Positions 39,272-47,295 of a stretch of 64,000 nucleotides of DNA are shown here, piece after piece. Numbering within the stretch: position 1 is the stretch's first letter; each line of letters begins with the position of its first letter. The DNA comes from an uncultured Acidimicrobiales bacterium. Its GTDB lineage: Bacteria > Actinomycetota > Acidimicrobiia > Acidimicrobiales > SZUA-35. A program made the position numbers and the translations under genes. The DNA is taken from positions 129,057-193,056 of the forward strand of contig CALKZY010000006.1 in the NCBI GenBank assembly GCA_938002965.1, in the 5' to 3' direction. The notes beneath the pieces are model-generated. The model had not been told where the DNA came from. It ran no database searches and was given only the letters and a program-made list of their open reading frames with translations.

Positions 39272-39469
39272 TTAGAGGTCGCCATCCAGCACGGTGCTGG
39301 CCCGGCTCAGGTCGGTACTGCGGATAAGAACTACAAACTCTGCACCGGCGGTACCAGTCGCTTTATTCAGTGCCTCAACCCGTATCCCATTCGACCGCAA
39401 CAAACGGGCCGCGCCAACAGCGGACGCCTCATCGACAAAGTTCAGTCGGCTGATTGATACCGGTCCCAT
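39272..39469 (-). CDS. Small hypothetical protein (DUF2007-like fold guessed)
   Basis: 65 aa with an alternating beta-alpha pattern (AARLLRSNGIRVE). Weak assignment. Confidence 0.3.
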   Translation of the reverse strand: MGPVSISRLNFVDEASAVGAARLLRSNGIRVEALNKATGTAGAEFVVLIRSTDLSRASTVLDGDL

Positions 39470-39497
39470 CGTGGAGGTCGGTCAAGCAGATCCGACG

Positions 39498-40046
39498 TCA
39501 GGCCGCCCCACTGGAGGCATCGGCAGGAGGGGTAGTTGGAACTTCTTCGGTTATATGCACGAGGCTCGCCAGCGGATCACGGGCCTCTAGCGACTCCCGG
39601 ATTTCGGTGAGAGCCTCGCGGTACCGCTTTAGCTTCGCCTCGCCGGCGGCGATCTGAAGGCTTGCATCCTCGAGATCGTCTTTCAAGGCAGCGATCTCGA
39701 CTTGAGCATCGACATCGGGCGCAACGGTCGCAAGCACCGGGGAGGCCGGTTTCCATGACTGATCGGCCGACGACTGCCCCACGAGTCCTCCGTGACTCAG
39801 ATCCTGGGCCGATGGCTGCGCCAAGTTGTCGGAATACCCGTGTTGGAGTTGATGAATCTCGTGACGGAGGCGGCGATTCGTCTCACGATCTTCCGCTGCT
39901 TCACGCCGCGACTCATCGAGCGCTCGATCCTTGGCCGCCATGTCGTCGGCGAGTCCTTTGCGGACATTGCGAACAACAACCAGCATCAGCACAGAGAAAA
40001 CGATCGCTCCAATAGCGAATCCGATGAGCAACGCGGGAAGACTCAC
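39498..40046 (-). CDS. Membrane-anchored coiled-coil protein
   Basis: N-terminal TM (LLIGFAIGAIVFSVLMLVVV) followed by a charged heptad-like region. Confidence 0.45.
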   Translation of the reverse strand: MSLPALLIGFAIGAIVFSVLMLVVVRNVRKGLADDMAAKDRALDESRREAAEDRETNRRLRHEIHQLQHGYSDNLAQPSAQDLSHGGLVGQSSADQSWKPASPVLATVAPDVDAQVEIAALKDDLEDASLQIAAGEAKLKRYREALTEIRESLEARDPLASLVHITEEVPTTPPADASSGAA

Positions 40047-40284
40047 GATCGATCACCTAAGTGATTCGCCGCGAAACAAGCGCCTTTCATCCGAATTGTC
40101 CCTTCCATATCGTTCAGTCTCCGCCGCCCGAATGGGATCAAAGCCCGACGTCGTCGGTGGAGGTTATTGTACTGCCTGTTCGACAGAGCGACCCAGCCAG
40201 ACAGGTCAACAGGTAGTGGGTATTTCTACCGAACTGCCTATCAATCCGCTATGAATTAAGGGAAATCGACCCATGCAGGATCGA

Positions 40285-41475
40285 CTACCCAATGGCGTTT
40301 CCAGAGTTCGGATCGAAGAAATGCATCCGCGGCGTGTCGACCGCAAACTCGATGCTGTCGCCAATCCTGGCCCCCGAACGAGGATTGACTCTGGCGACGT
40401 AAATGTAGTTGCCGGTCTCGTCTTGAGCAGTGGCAACGGCATCCTCGCCCTCGAACTCCTGGTCCATGATCTCAAACGGTTCGACCGGCAGCGGGAAGTG
40501 CACGATGACCTCCGAACCGAGCGACTCAACCAAAGTCGTGGTCGACCGCAGGCGCCGATCTTCTGGAGCCGATGGGGCTAGTGCAGCGTCCTCAATGTCC
40601 TCAGGCCGAATGCCCACCACGACCTCGCGGCCCTCGAATTCAGCCAAGCCAGGCCGCTGGTCGACCGTGTCGACGGGCAGGCCGAGGGTTTGCTCCCCCA
40701 GCCGAACGCTGATTTCATTATCACCATCACGTTCTAGCCGAGCCTTGAAAAGGTTCATTGACGGTGACCCGATGAAGCCGGCCACAAACACATTGTCGGG
40801 CGAGTCATACAGATTCTGTGGTGTGTCGACCTGCTGGAGATAACCCCGCTTCAGCACGGCGACTCTGTCGCCCATGGTCATAGCTTCGACCTGATCGTGC
40901 GTCACATACAGGGTTGTAACCCCGAGGTCCCGCTGCAGACCGGCAATCTCGGCCCGCATCTGCACACGTAGCTTGGCGTCAAGGTTTGAAAGCGGCTCGT
41001 CCATCAAAAAGGCCTTGGGCTGACGCACAATCGCACGCCCCATAGCCACCCGCTGACGTTGACCACCGGACAACTGCCCAGGCTTCTTCTCCAGCTGCTC
41101 GGTCAGGTCGAGCGTATGCGCAGCGGTCTCGACCCGATCGGCGATCTCCGACTTGGGAACCTTCGCCAGCTTCAAGGCAAATCCAATGTTGTCCGCCACC
41201 GACATGTGCGGATACAACGCGTAGTTCTGAAAGACCATCGCAATGTCACGATCCTTGGGGTGGACATCGTTGACAACGCGATCTTCGATCTTCAACTCAC
41301 CACTGCTTATATCCTCAAGCCCTGCCACCATACGAAGCGCCGTGGACTTGCCGCAGCCGGACGGCCCAACCAGGACGAGGAACTCGCCATCTTGTATGTC
41401 GATGGACAACTCGTGAATGGCTTGAAAACCATTCGGATAGATCTTGTTAACGGATTCAAGGACGACGCCAGCCAT
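40285..41475 (-). CDS. Carbohydrate ABC transporter ATP-binding protein (MalK/UgpC/MsiK type), orphan
   Basis: GPSGCGKST, LSGGQRQRVA, FLMDEPLSNLD and a C-terminal TOBE-like regulatory domain. There are no permease or solute-binding genes adjacent, as for actinobacterial MsiK. Confidence 0.9.
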   Translation of the reverse strand: MAGVVLESVNKIYPNGFQAIHELSIDIQDGEFLVLVGPSGCGKSTALRMVAGLEDISSGELKIEDRVVNDVHPKDRDIAMVFQNYALYPHMSVADNIGFALKLAKVPKSEIADRVETAAHTLDLTEQLEKKPGQLSGGQRQRVAMGRAIVRQPKAFLMDEPLSNLDAKLRVQMRAEIAGLQRDLGVTTLYVTHDQVEAMTMGDRVAVLKRGYLQQVDTPQNLYDSPDNVFVAGFIGSPSMNLFKARLERDGDNEISVRLGEQTLGLPVDTVDQRPGLAEFEGREVVVGIRPEDIEDAALAPSAPEDRRLRSTTTLVESLGSEVIVHFPLPVEPFEIMDQEFEGEDAVATAQDETGNYIYVARVNPRSGARIGDSIEFAVDTPRMHFFDPNSGNAIG

Positions 41476-41672
41476 TCGAAGACTGCCCCCTCATTAAGCA
41501 CGATGGATTAGGAACAGCTCCACCGCCAACAGCGTCAGAGCCTTAGTAGGATCACAATGTAGCACGAGCGCCATGAACTACGGTAGATCCGGGCATGCCA
41601 GGATCGACAAGGGGTGTAGAGCCTCCCCAGCTATCGAGACGTGTCCAGGCCTAAGGACTTGGAGTAGCGCTG

Positions 41673-41909
41673 ATGAACGACAACCCCTCTGGGAACGACA
41701 CCGAAGCGCCAACTAAGGCGCCACCGTGCCCTCGTTGCGGGGGCGCGTTGTTTGATAACTCCGAGCCAGCGCGGTTCTACGGGCCGTGCAGCGATTGTCG
41801 CCAGCAATTGCGAGAGTCTCTGCGGGGTGAGATCAGCGAAACGACCGCAGCCGAGTACGAACCAAAGATGAACGTAACACCCAATGCCGTGGCGTTGAAA
41901 GACGACTAA
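41673..41909 (+). CDS. Small zinc-ribbon protein (CPRC...CSDC)
   Basis: 78 aa with two CxxC pairs 18 residues apart. It sits 17 nt upstream of the next gene. Confidence 0.4.
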   Translation: MNDNPSGNDTEAPTKAPPCPRCGGALFDNSEPARFYGPCSDCRQQLRESLRGEISETTAAEYEPKMNVTPNAVALKDD

Positions 41910-41926
41910 ACCCCGATGCCAAAGAC

Positions 41927-42586
41927 ATGAGCGACATCGGAACGTTGAACGAGCGGTCGCTCCACCGTTCGCTCAAGGAACTCCTCGCCGAGCGTGGCGA
42001 CGAGTTTGAGGTTCCCGTTGGCAATTTCGTTGTCGACATCAAACGCGGCAGCGAAATAATCGAAATTCAAACATCCTCTTTTGGAGCGATGGCCCGCAAG
42101 CTCGATGTGCTCTTGGACGCTCACACTGTTCGAATCGTGCACCCGATAGCCATCGAGACCTACCTCCACCGGGATAAACGCAAGCCACGGCGGTCGCCCA
42201 AAAAGGGCACGGTCTATTCGTTACTGGACGAACTGGTCAGTCTCCCGACGATGCTCGATCATCCGAATCTGACCGTCGACGCCGTCTTAGTGTCGGTCGA
42301 CAAGATTCAACGATTCGACGACCGGGCTAGACGGGGCAGGGGCGGCTGGGTCACTGTCGACCGTCGACTTCGAGAGATCCACGAGTGGCAACGATTCAAG
42401 ACCACCGGAGACCTCCTCGCCCTGCTGCCGCTAGGACTTCCCTCTCATTTCACTACTGCCGACATTGCTCCGGAGGTCGGGTCGCGCACCGCCGCCCAAC
42501 GTTTGGTTTACTGTCTTCGCCAGCTCGGTTCAATCGAGGTGGTCGACCGAACCCGCAGCGGCGTTGTCTATCAACTGGCAACCTGA
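41927..42586 (+). CDS. Conserved hypothetical protein, probable PD-(D/E)XK nuclease-like fold
   Basis: N-terminal ERSLHRSLKELL, then the VVDIKRGSEIIEIQTSSF motif (D ... E-x-Q), resembling CoiA-type/restriction-endonuclease-like cores. Confidence 0.45.
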   Translation: MSDIGTLNERSLHRSLKELLAERGDEFEVPVGNFVVDIKRGSEIIEIQTSSFGAMARKLDVLLDAHTVRIVHPIAIETYLHRDKRKPRRSPKKGTVYSLLDELVSLPTMLDHPNLTVDAVLVSVDKIQRFDDRARRGRGGWVTVDRRLREIHEWQRFKTTGDLLALLPLGLPSHFTTADIAPEVGSRTAAQRLVYCLRQLGSIEVVDRTRSGVVYQLAT

Positions 42587-42956
42587 TCTGCCCAGAGCGC
42601 CAGGGCAGGCCTGCCCATTCGCAGCATCAAGTCGGACCATTACTATTCGGTGCAGCAAATCGGATCGCCCCCGTACCGCCTAGTCGCCCGCCCAACAGCG
42701 ATTCGACACCGAACGACCTAATTAGGAGCGGATACCTACTGATGCGCTCTTCGGCAACATGAATCAACCTTCATGGGTTTTTGTCTTGAATGGTCGACGC
42801 GGAGCTGATCCACGGCTACCTTGGTGGCCAGCGGGCGACAGGGGACACTGACAACCTGTAGCTGTGGAGAAAATCAAACGACGACCGCTGCAAGCTGTCC
42901 ATGAAGCTGATAGTTTCGGGCTGCGAGGTATGGGCGCAGCACCGGCGGAGGTAATT

Positions 42957-45410
42957 GTGAACACAAACGATGAAACGGCGGCGGGCGCACGAGTCCTCTC
43001 ATCGAGCGGATTTGAGCACCTTCAGCTGTCTGACGGCGATTCATCGGTCAAGGTGACCATTGGTTCGATTGACCGTTGGGACCGTTCGCATCTGCGACGT
43101 CTCCGTCAGTCCGCAGACCTTCCGGGTCTTGTCCCCGTAATCGATAGCGATCTTTCCAGCGACGACAAGCCTTTCGCCGTCACCCCGCAGGTCAATCATC
43201 CCAGTCTCGCCGATCGCATTCCGCCCGAAGCCGCTCAGTGGCCTGAGTGTGCCGCCATCGTTGAGGCTTCCGCCCGTGCGCTACACGAGGCCCATCTACG
43301 TGGCCTCTTCCACGGCAGCCTCTCCCCCAACCAGATCTACGTCATCAACGAGGACATCGCTGTCGAAGGCGTCGGACTCGGCCTTGGCGGTGTCGTTCAG
43401 GCTGACTATCAGCACTGGGCCGCTCCTGAGGTCCTCGACGGCGCCGACGCTACCGAGCGTTCGGATGTCTATTCGCTCGGCAAGATCCTTGAGTCAGCGC
43501 TTGGCAACAACATCGAGGACGTACCCCGTTCGGTGCGGCGTCTTATCATGTGGTCCAGCTCGGACACACCTGAGGCCCGACCACCGTCGGCACTCGAATT
43601 CGCCAGCATTCTGGCAGAAGCGCTCGGCGACGAACGCCGAATCTACTCGCCTGCCTTCATTCCAACCGCTGACGTCAACGCCTTGGCGGCAACCGCTTCG
43701 GCCGAAGTCGCAGCTCATGAGCTCGCCGATCCCGGCACCTCATCAACCAGTGCCGGCGTAGCCACAGCTGCTGTAGCGGCTGGAACTGGAGCAGTAGTCG
43801 CCGAAAAGTTCTTCGACGATGAACCGGAGATCGATGACCCCGCCGCCGGACTCGAGGTTGTCGATGAAGCCGACGCCGACCTCGACGTCGACGCGGACCT
43901 CGAAGAAATCGACCTTGACGCAGACGATGAGATCGACTCATTCGACGACGAGATCGCAGAAGACGACGCAACCATCGACGTCGAAAAAGAAGCCGTCATC
44001 ACTGACGAGATTCCCGAAATGGAAATCGGCAACGAGGCGGCGACCACTACCGAGATCGAAGGCGAAGCAGCCGCCACCTCCGGTGAAACGTCCTCAGGAT
44101 TCGACTCTCGGGACTACACCGCGGCCACTACGACCGCTGACAACTACGAAGTCCCAGCCGCACAGACGGTAGAAATCGTCAGCCCACAGGAACCAAGCAA
44201 GCGCTCCAACAGAGCCGGAATTCTGGTTGGCGTAATCGCCGCTCTCGGATTGGCTCTGATCTTCTGGCAGCTGTTCAACGGGGATTCCGGCGATGAGACC
44301 GAGGTCGCCGCCAACCCCGCAGCGGAAGAGGCAGTGGAAGCCGAAGAAGACGCTGAAGCTTCGGTCTCCTCCGAAGACAGCACCCCCGAGGCGCCAACCG
44401 CCACCGATGACGAGGCAGAAGCCGCTGCAGCCGAAGAAGCAGCTGCGGCTGAAGAAGAAGCCGCTGCAGCTGAAGCCGCCGAAGAAGCAGCTGCGGCTGA
44501 AGAAGAAGCCGCTGCAGCTGAAGTCGCCGAAGCTGAGGAAGCATCCGAGACTGAAGAAGCAGCCGAAGAAGCATCAGAGACTGAAGAAGAAGCAGCCGAG
44601 GAAGAGTCCACCGATGAACCGGCGGAACCCGCTGAGGCAGCCGCATCGCTGCTTGACGGCCCAATCCCCGCTGACGAGGCGGGGGTTCAAATCGTCCACG
44701 GGATTCCCGGAGCCACGGTTGACGTCTACGTCGACGGCCAGGCACTTGCTCCCGGCTTCGCCCCAGGCACAATCGCTGGTCCGGTCGACCTCGCACCTGG
44801 AAACTACGAGGTAGAGATCTTTGCAGTCTCCGACGTTGCACCGGCTGCCAGTGCGGATCGCGATGACCAAGCCCTGCTGTCGCAGACCATCGCAGTAGGC
44901 GACAGTGCCGCATCGCTCTACGCCCACCTAGGTGAACAGGGTGCTCCCGCACTAAGCGCCTTTGGCGAGGACTTCACCACGCTGGCACCAGGCCAAGGAA
45001 GAGCCGTCGCCCGACACCTGGCGGCTGCTCCGGAGGTCTCCCTCCTGGTTGACGGCGAACCTGTTGGCACCTTGGCCAACGGCGACGCCTTTGGCGCTGA
45101 CCTGGATGCAGGTGCTCACGACTTTGCTGTGCTGGCCGGAGACACCGAAGTCTTGGCCGCCACGCTCGACATCGCCGATGGCGAAGTGGTTGTGGTCTCG
45201 GTGACGGGCTCAGTCGCCGACGGAACGCTCGCTCCGGTCGTACAGCGATACAGCGGACTAAGCTCCGCTCCCACCGAGGTACCGACTGGCAACAGCAACC
45301 TGCTGGGCATGGACGAGGACATGACGAATCTCTACATCGTCGGTGTCGTAACTCTGGCGATGGCGCTCGGTGGCTTGGTGATAATAAGTCGCCGCCGTCG
45401 ACTTCTGTGA
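42957..45410 (+). CDS. Membrane protein: degenerate Ser/Thr-kinase-like (pseudokinase) domain, acidic linker, TM, E/A-rich stalk, DUF4397-like domain, C-terminal TM plus Arg tail
   Basis: Kinase C-lobe remnants AAPEVL and SDVYSLGKIL are present. HRDLKPxN is replaced by FHGSLSPNQ, and no G-loop, VAIK or DFG is visible. The TM is AGILVGVIAALGLALIFWQLF. The DUF4397-like block reads VQIVHGIPGATVDVYVDG...APGNYEVEIF. GTG 42957 follows GGAGG; the ORF track starts at 42864. Confidence 0.7.
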   Translation: MNTNDETAAGARVLSSSGFEHLQLSDGDSSVKVTIGSIDRWDRSHLRRLRQSADLPGLVPVIDSDLSSDDKPFAVTPQVNHPSLADRIPPEAAQWPECAAIVEASARALHEAHLRGLFHGSLSPNQIYVINEDIAVEGVGLGLGGVVQADYQHWAAPEVLDGADATERSDVYSLGKILESALGNNIEDVPRSVRRLIMWSSSDTPEARPPSALEFASILAEALGDERRIYSPAFIPTADVNALAATASAEVAAHELADPGTSSTSAGVATAAVAAGTGAVVAEKFFDDEPEIDDPAAGLEVVDEADADLDVDADLEEIDLDADDEIDSFDDEIAEDDATIDVEKEAVITDEIPEMEIGNEAATTTEIEGEAAATSGETSSGFDSRDYTAATTTADNYEVPAAQTVEIVSPQEPSKRSNRAGILVGVIAALGLALIFWQLFNGDSGDETEVAANPAAEEAVEAEEDAEASVSSEDSTPEAPTATDDEAEAAAAEEAAAAEEEAAAAEAAEEAAAAEEEAAAAEVAEAEEASETEEAAEEASETEEEAAEEESTDEPAEPAEAAASLLDGPIPADEAGVQIVHGIPGATVDVYVDGQALAPGFAPGTIAGPVDLAPGNYEVEIFAVSDVAPAASADRDDQALLSQTIAVGDSAASLYAHLGEQGAPALSAFGEDFTTLAPGQGRAVARHLAAAPEVSLLVDGEPVGTLANGDAFGADLDAGAHDFAVLAGDTEVLAATLDIADGEVVVVSVTGSVADGTLAPVVQRYSGLSSAPTEVPTGNSNLLGMDEDMTNLYIVGVVTLAMALGGLVIISRRRRLL
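44431..44600 (+). repeat. In-frame tandem repeats in the E/A-rich stalk (48-bp unit x2, then a ~30-bp unit x2)
   Basis: The 45-nt string CCGAAGAAGCAGCTGCGGCTGAAGAAGAAGCCGCTGCAGCTGAAG occurs at 44431-44475 and again at 44479-44523. GAAGCATC(C/A)GAGACTGAAGAA..GCAGCC is repeated at about 44538-44597. Confidence 0.9.
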
Positions 45411-46078
45411 ACTCACGGGTTCGCTCCGGAGTCCTCGTACTAGCAATCTCTCTTTGCCTGATGGGCGCTGCCACGTCAAGTGGTGGCGCCATCGGCGCGT
45501 CCATCAGTGACACCATCTCGTCTAGGTCCTTACCAGACAACCTGGTCAACCTGGTTGATGAGTTGGCCTCGCCACAGGTTCCGCTGCGGAGCGGCAATTT
45601 GGCCGACCAGCCAGAGCCTGAGAGCGGCCCCTCTCCCGTAGCCGTTCGAATTGGCGACATCGCGCTCGAGGCCCCCGTCATTCCGGTGGGGGTCGACAGC
45701 GAAAATCAGTTCGCTGTACCGGCGGCGGAACAGGTCGGTTGGTATAGGTTCGGTCCCCGTCCCGGGACCGAAGGTTCAGCGGTACTAGCCGCTCACGTCG
45801 ACTACGGAGGCAAACCGGGAGCGTTCTTCAACCTGGCCGAGCTGCGGGTCGGTGACCCAATCGAGGTCGAGCTCAGTGATGGTTCCGTCCTGCGCTACCG
45901 GGTGACAGGAAATACCGAGTACGACAAGACAGATCTGCCATTCGAGGACGTCTTCCGCAAAGAAGGTTCTGAAGTCCTGCAGCTCATCACCTGTGGCGGC
46001 ACGTTTGATCCAAACGCTCGGTCCTATGAGGCCAACATTGTGGTTACCGCACTCCCCGAGGCGCTCGTCGAGTTCTAG
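45407..46078 (+). CDS. Sortase-family transpeptidase (class F-like)
   Basis: N-terminal TM anchor, catalytic His region (AVLAAHVDY), LQLITCGG (TLxTC-type Cys) and a conserved Arg near the C-terminus. Its GTG overlaps the stop of the upstream gene (GTGA 45407-45410). Confidence 0.8.
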   Translation: MNSRVRSGVLVLAISLCLMGAATSSGGAIGASISDTISSRSLPDNLVNLVDELASPQVPLRSGNLADQPEPESGPSPVAVRIGDIALEAPVIPVGVDSENQFAVPAAEQVGWYRFGPRPGTEGSAVLAAHVDYGGKPGAFFNLAELRVGDPIEVELSDGSVLRYRVTGNTEYDKTDLPFEDVFRKEGSEVLQLITCGGTFDPNARSYEANIVVTALPEALVEF

Positions 46079-46098
46079 CGATCTGGCACCAACCGTCG

Positions 46099-46806
46099 CT
46101 ACAAACCGCTGCTGGCCACTCGAGCACTAACCGTCCGAGCGCTGACACGGTATCCCATCACCCGGTAGAGGGCCGCTAGCCGCTGTTGGAGCTGATCGTC
46201 GTCAGGTACGGCCCTGAGCGCTTGTTCGAGCGCCCACACCGCCTCTTGGGTACGCCCAGTAGCCGTGAGGGCATCACACGCCGCGGCTGCAAGCTGGGTT
46301 ACCTGTCTTTCGACATGTGCCCGCTGGACGAAACAGCGCTCCAGCCAGATCCAGTAGGCCCGCCCCGCCCCCGCAGACCGATGAAGAGGAAGCCCATTGA
46401 CCTCGGCCAACGCCCCGAGCGCTGCTGTCAACCAGTCATATCCAGCCTGCCTACTCCCGCACAACGTCTCCAGTCGGGTGACATCACTACAGACATCGGA
46501 CAGGCGATAGTAGCCATCATCGGCGGCCGGCAGCCGCTGTCGCCCGATGACACCTCGGACCTCGGCCAACAGATTTGGCAGCCGGCTCGGCGACATCACC
46601 CGGCCTTGCCACAGCGCATGGGCGATGTCATCACCCGATACCGGACCGCAGAGGCCGACGAAAGCCACCAAGGACTGCTGTTGGTGGGTCAGCTTCCGTC
46701 CACCCAACCGCACCACCGGCGGCCCAATGAGGCGGAGATGCAACAACGGATCTTCGGCGCGACAAGTAGAAGAACCGACGCCGACGTCGGCACGAATGAC
46801 AAACAT
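46099..46806 (-). CDS. SARP/AfsR-DnrI-like regulator (OmpR-type winged helix plus BTAD domain)
   Basis: LHLRLIGPPVVRLGGRKL...LVAFVGL....ALW, then a TPR-like BTAD helical region (EAVWALEQALRAVPDDDQLQQRLAALYRVMG). Confidence 0.65.
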   Translation of the reverse strand: MFVIRADVGVGSSTCRAEDPLLHLRLIGPPVVRLGGRKLTHQQQSLVAFVGLCGPVSGDDIAHALWQGRVMSPSRLPNLLAEVRGVIGRQRLPAADDGYYRLSDVCSDVTRLETLCGSRQAGYDWLTAALGALAEVNGLPLHRSAGAGRAYWIWLERCFVQRAHVERQVTQLAAAACDALTATGRTQEAVWALEQALRAVPDDDQLQQRLAALYRVMGYRVSARTVSARVASSGL

Positions 46807-47160
46807 GGAAACCCGCTTTCCAAGACTGGACAATAATGACCAGCCAACACACAAACGCTTAAGCTAGTCGATCGCGTCGGCCTCGGCAACCGCGTCGACG
46901 CCACTAGTTGTCGGCGCCGGCGCAGAATCCTGCAATTGGACCCCGAGCGAGCCCAACTCGAGATACAGCCGCTCGAGGTGTCGAATGCCAACCTCGAGTG
47001 ACTCCAGATCCGGGTTGGTCACGGGCTCTGCCCGACGGGAGGGCACAACTTCTACTGGACCGGCTGGGAGCGACATAATGCCGACCCTACTACGCGAGTC
47101 CCGCCGAATATCGTAAATAAGTGACTCGCCTTACAGGGCAAATAGTCCAAATACTTGGAC

Positions 47161-47196
47161 GTCAATCTACCTATTTCTACAAATAGATAGATTGAC
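47161..47196. promoter_or_regulatory. 36-bp near-perfect palindrome (16-bp arms, 15/16 match, 4-bp spacer) in an AT-rich intergenic region; candidate operator
   Basis: GTCAATCTACCTATTT ctac AAATAGATAGATTGAC, about 100 bp upstream of the pepN start and between divergent genes. Confidence 0.4.
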
Positions 47197-47295
47197 GACC
47201 GTAGACATCCAACCGACCTACACGATGAGCGAACCAGACCGCAACTGACCGACAGTCCAATCCGGGCACCCCGACTGGGGCCCGACAAGCATGCG

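Noticed and set aside
43675-44952. Several long ORFs (both strands, 98-225 aa) inside the pseudokinase/DUF4397 gene
   Set aside because: They are low-complexity Arg/Leu/Pro or Ser/Ala translations produced by the GAA/GCN-rich repeat region. They have no independent starts or motifs.
46864-47076. A 70-aa ORF in the same frame as the downstream SARP regulator, separated by a single TAG (46864-46866); possible read-through or split gene
   Set aside because: The SARP winged-helix domain begins intact just after its own ATG (46806), so nothing is missing. The upstream peptide has no recognisable domain, and sharing a frame happens by chance one time in three. It is not reported as a feature.
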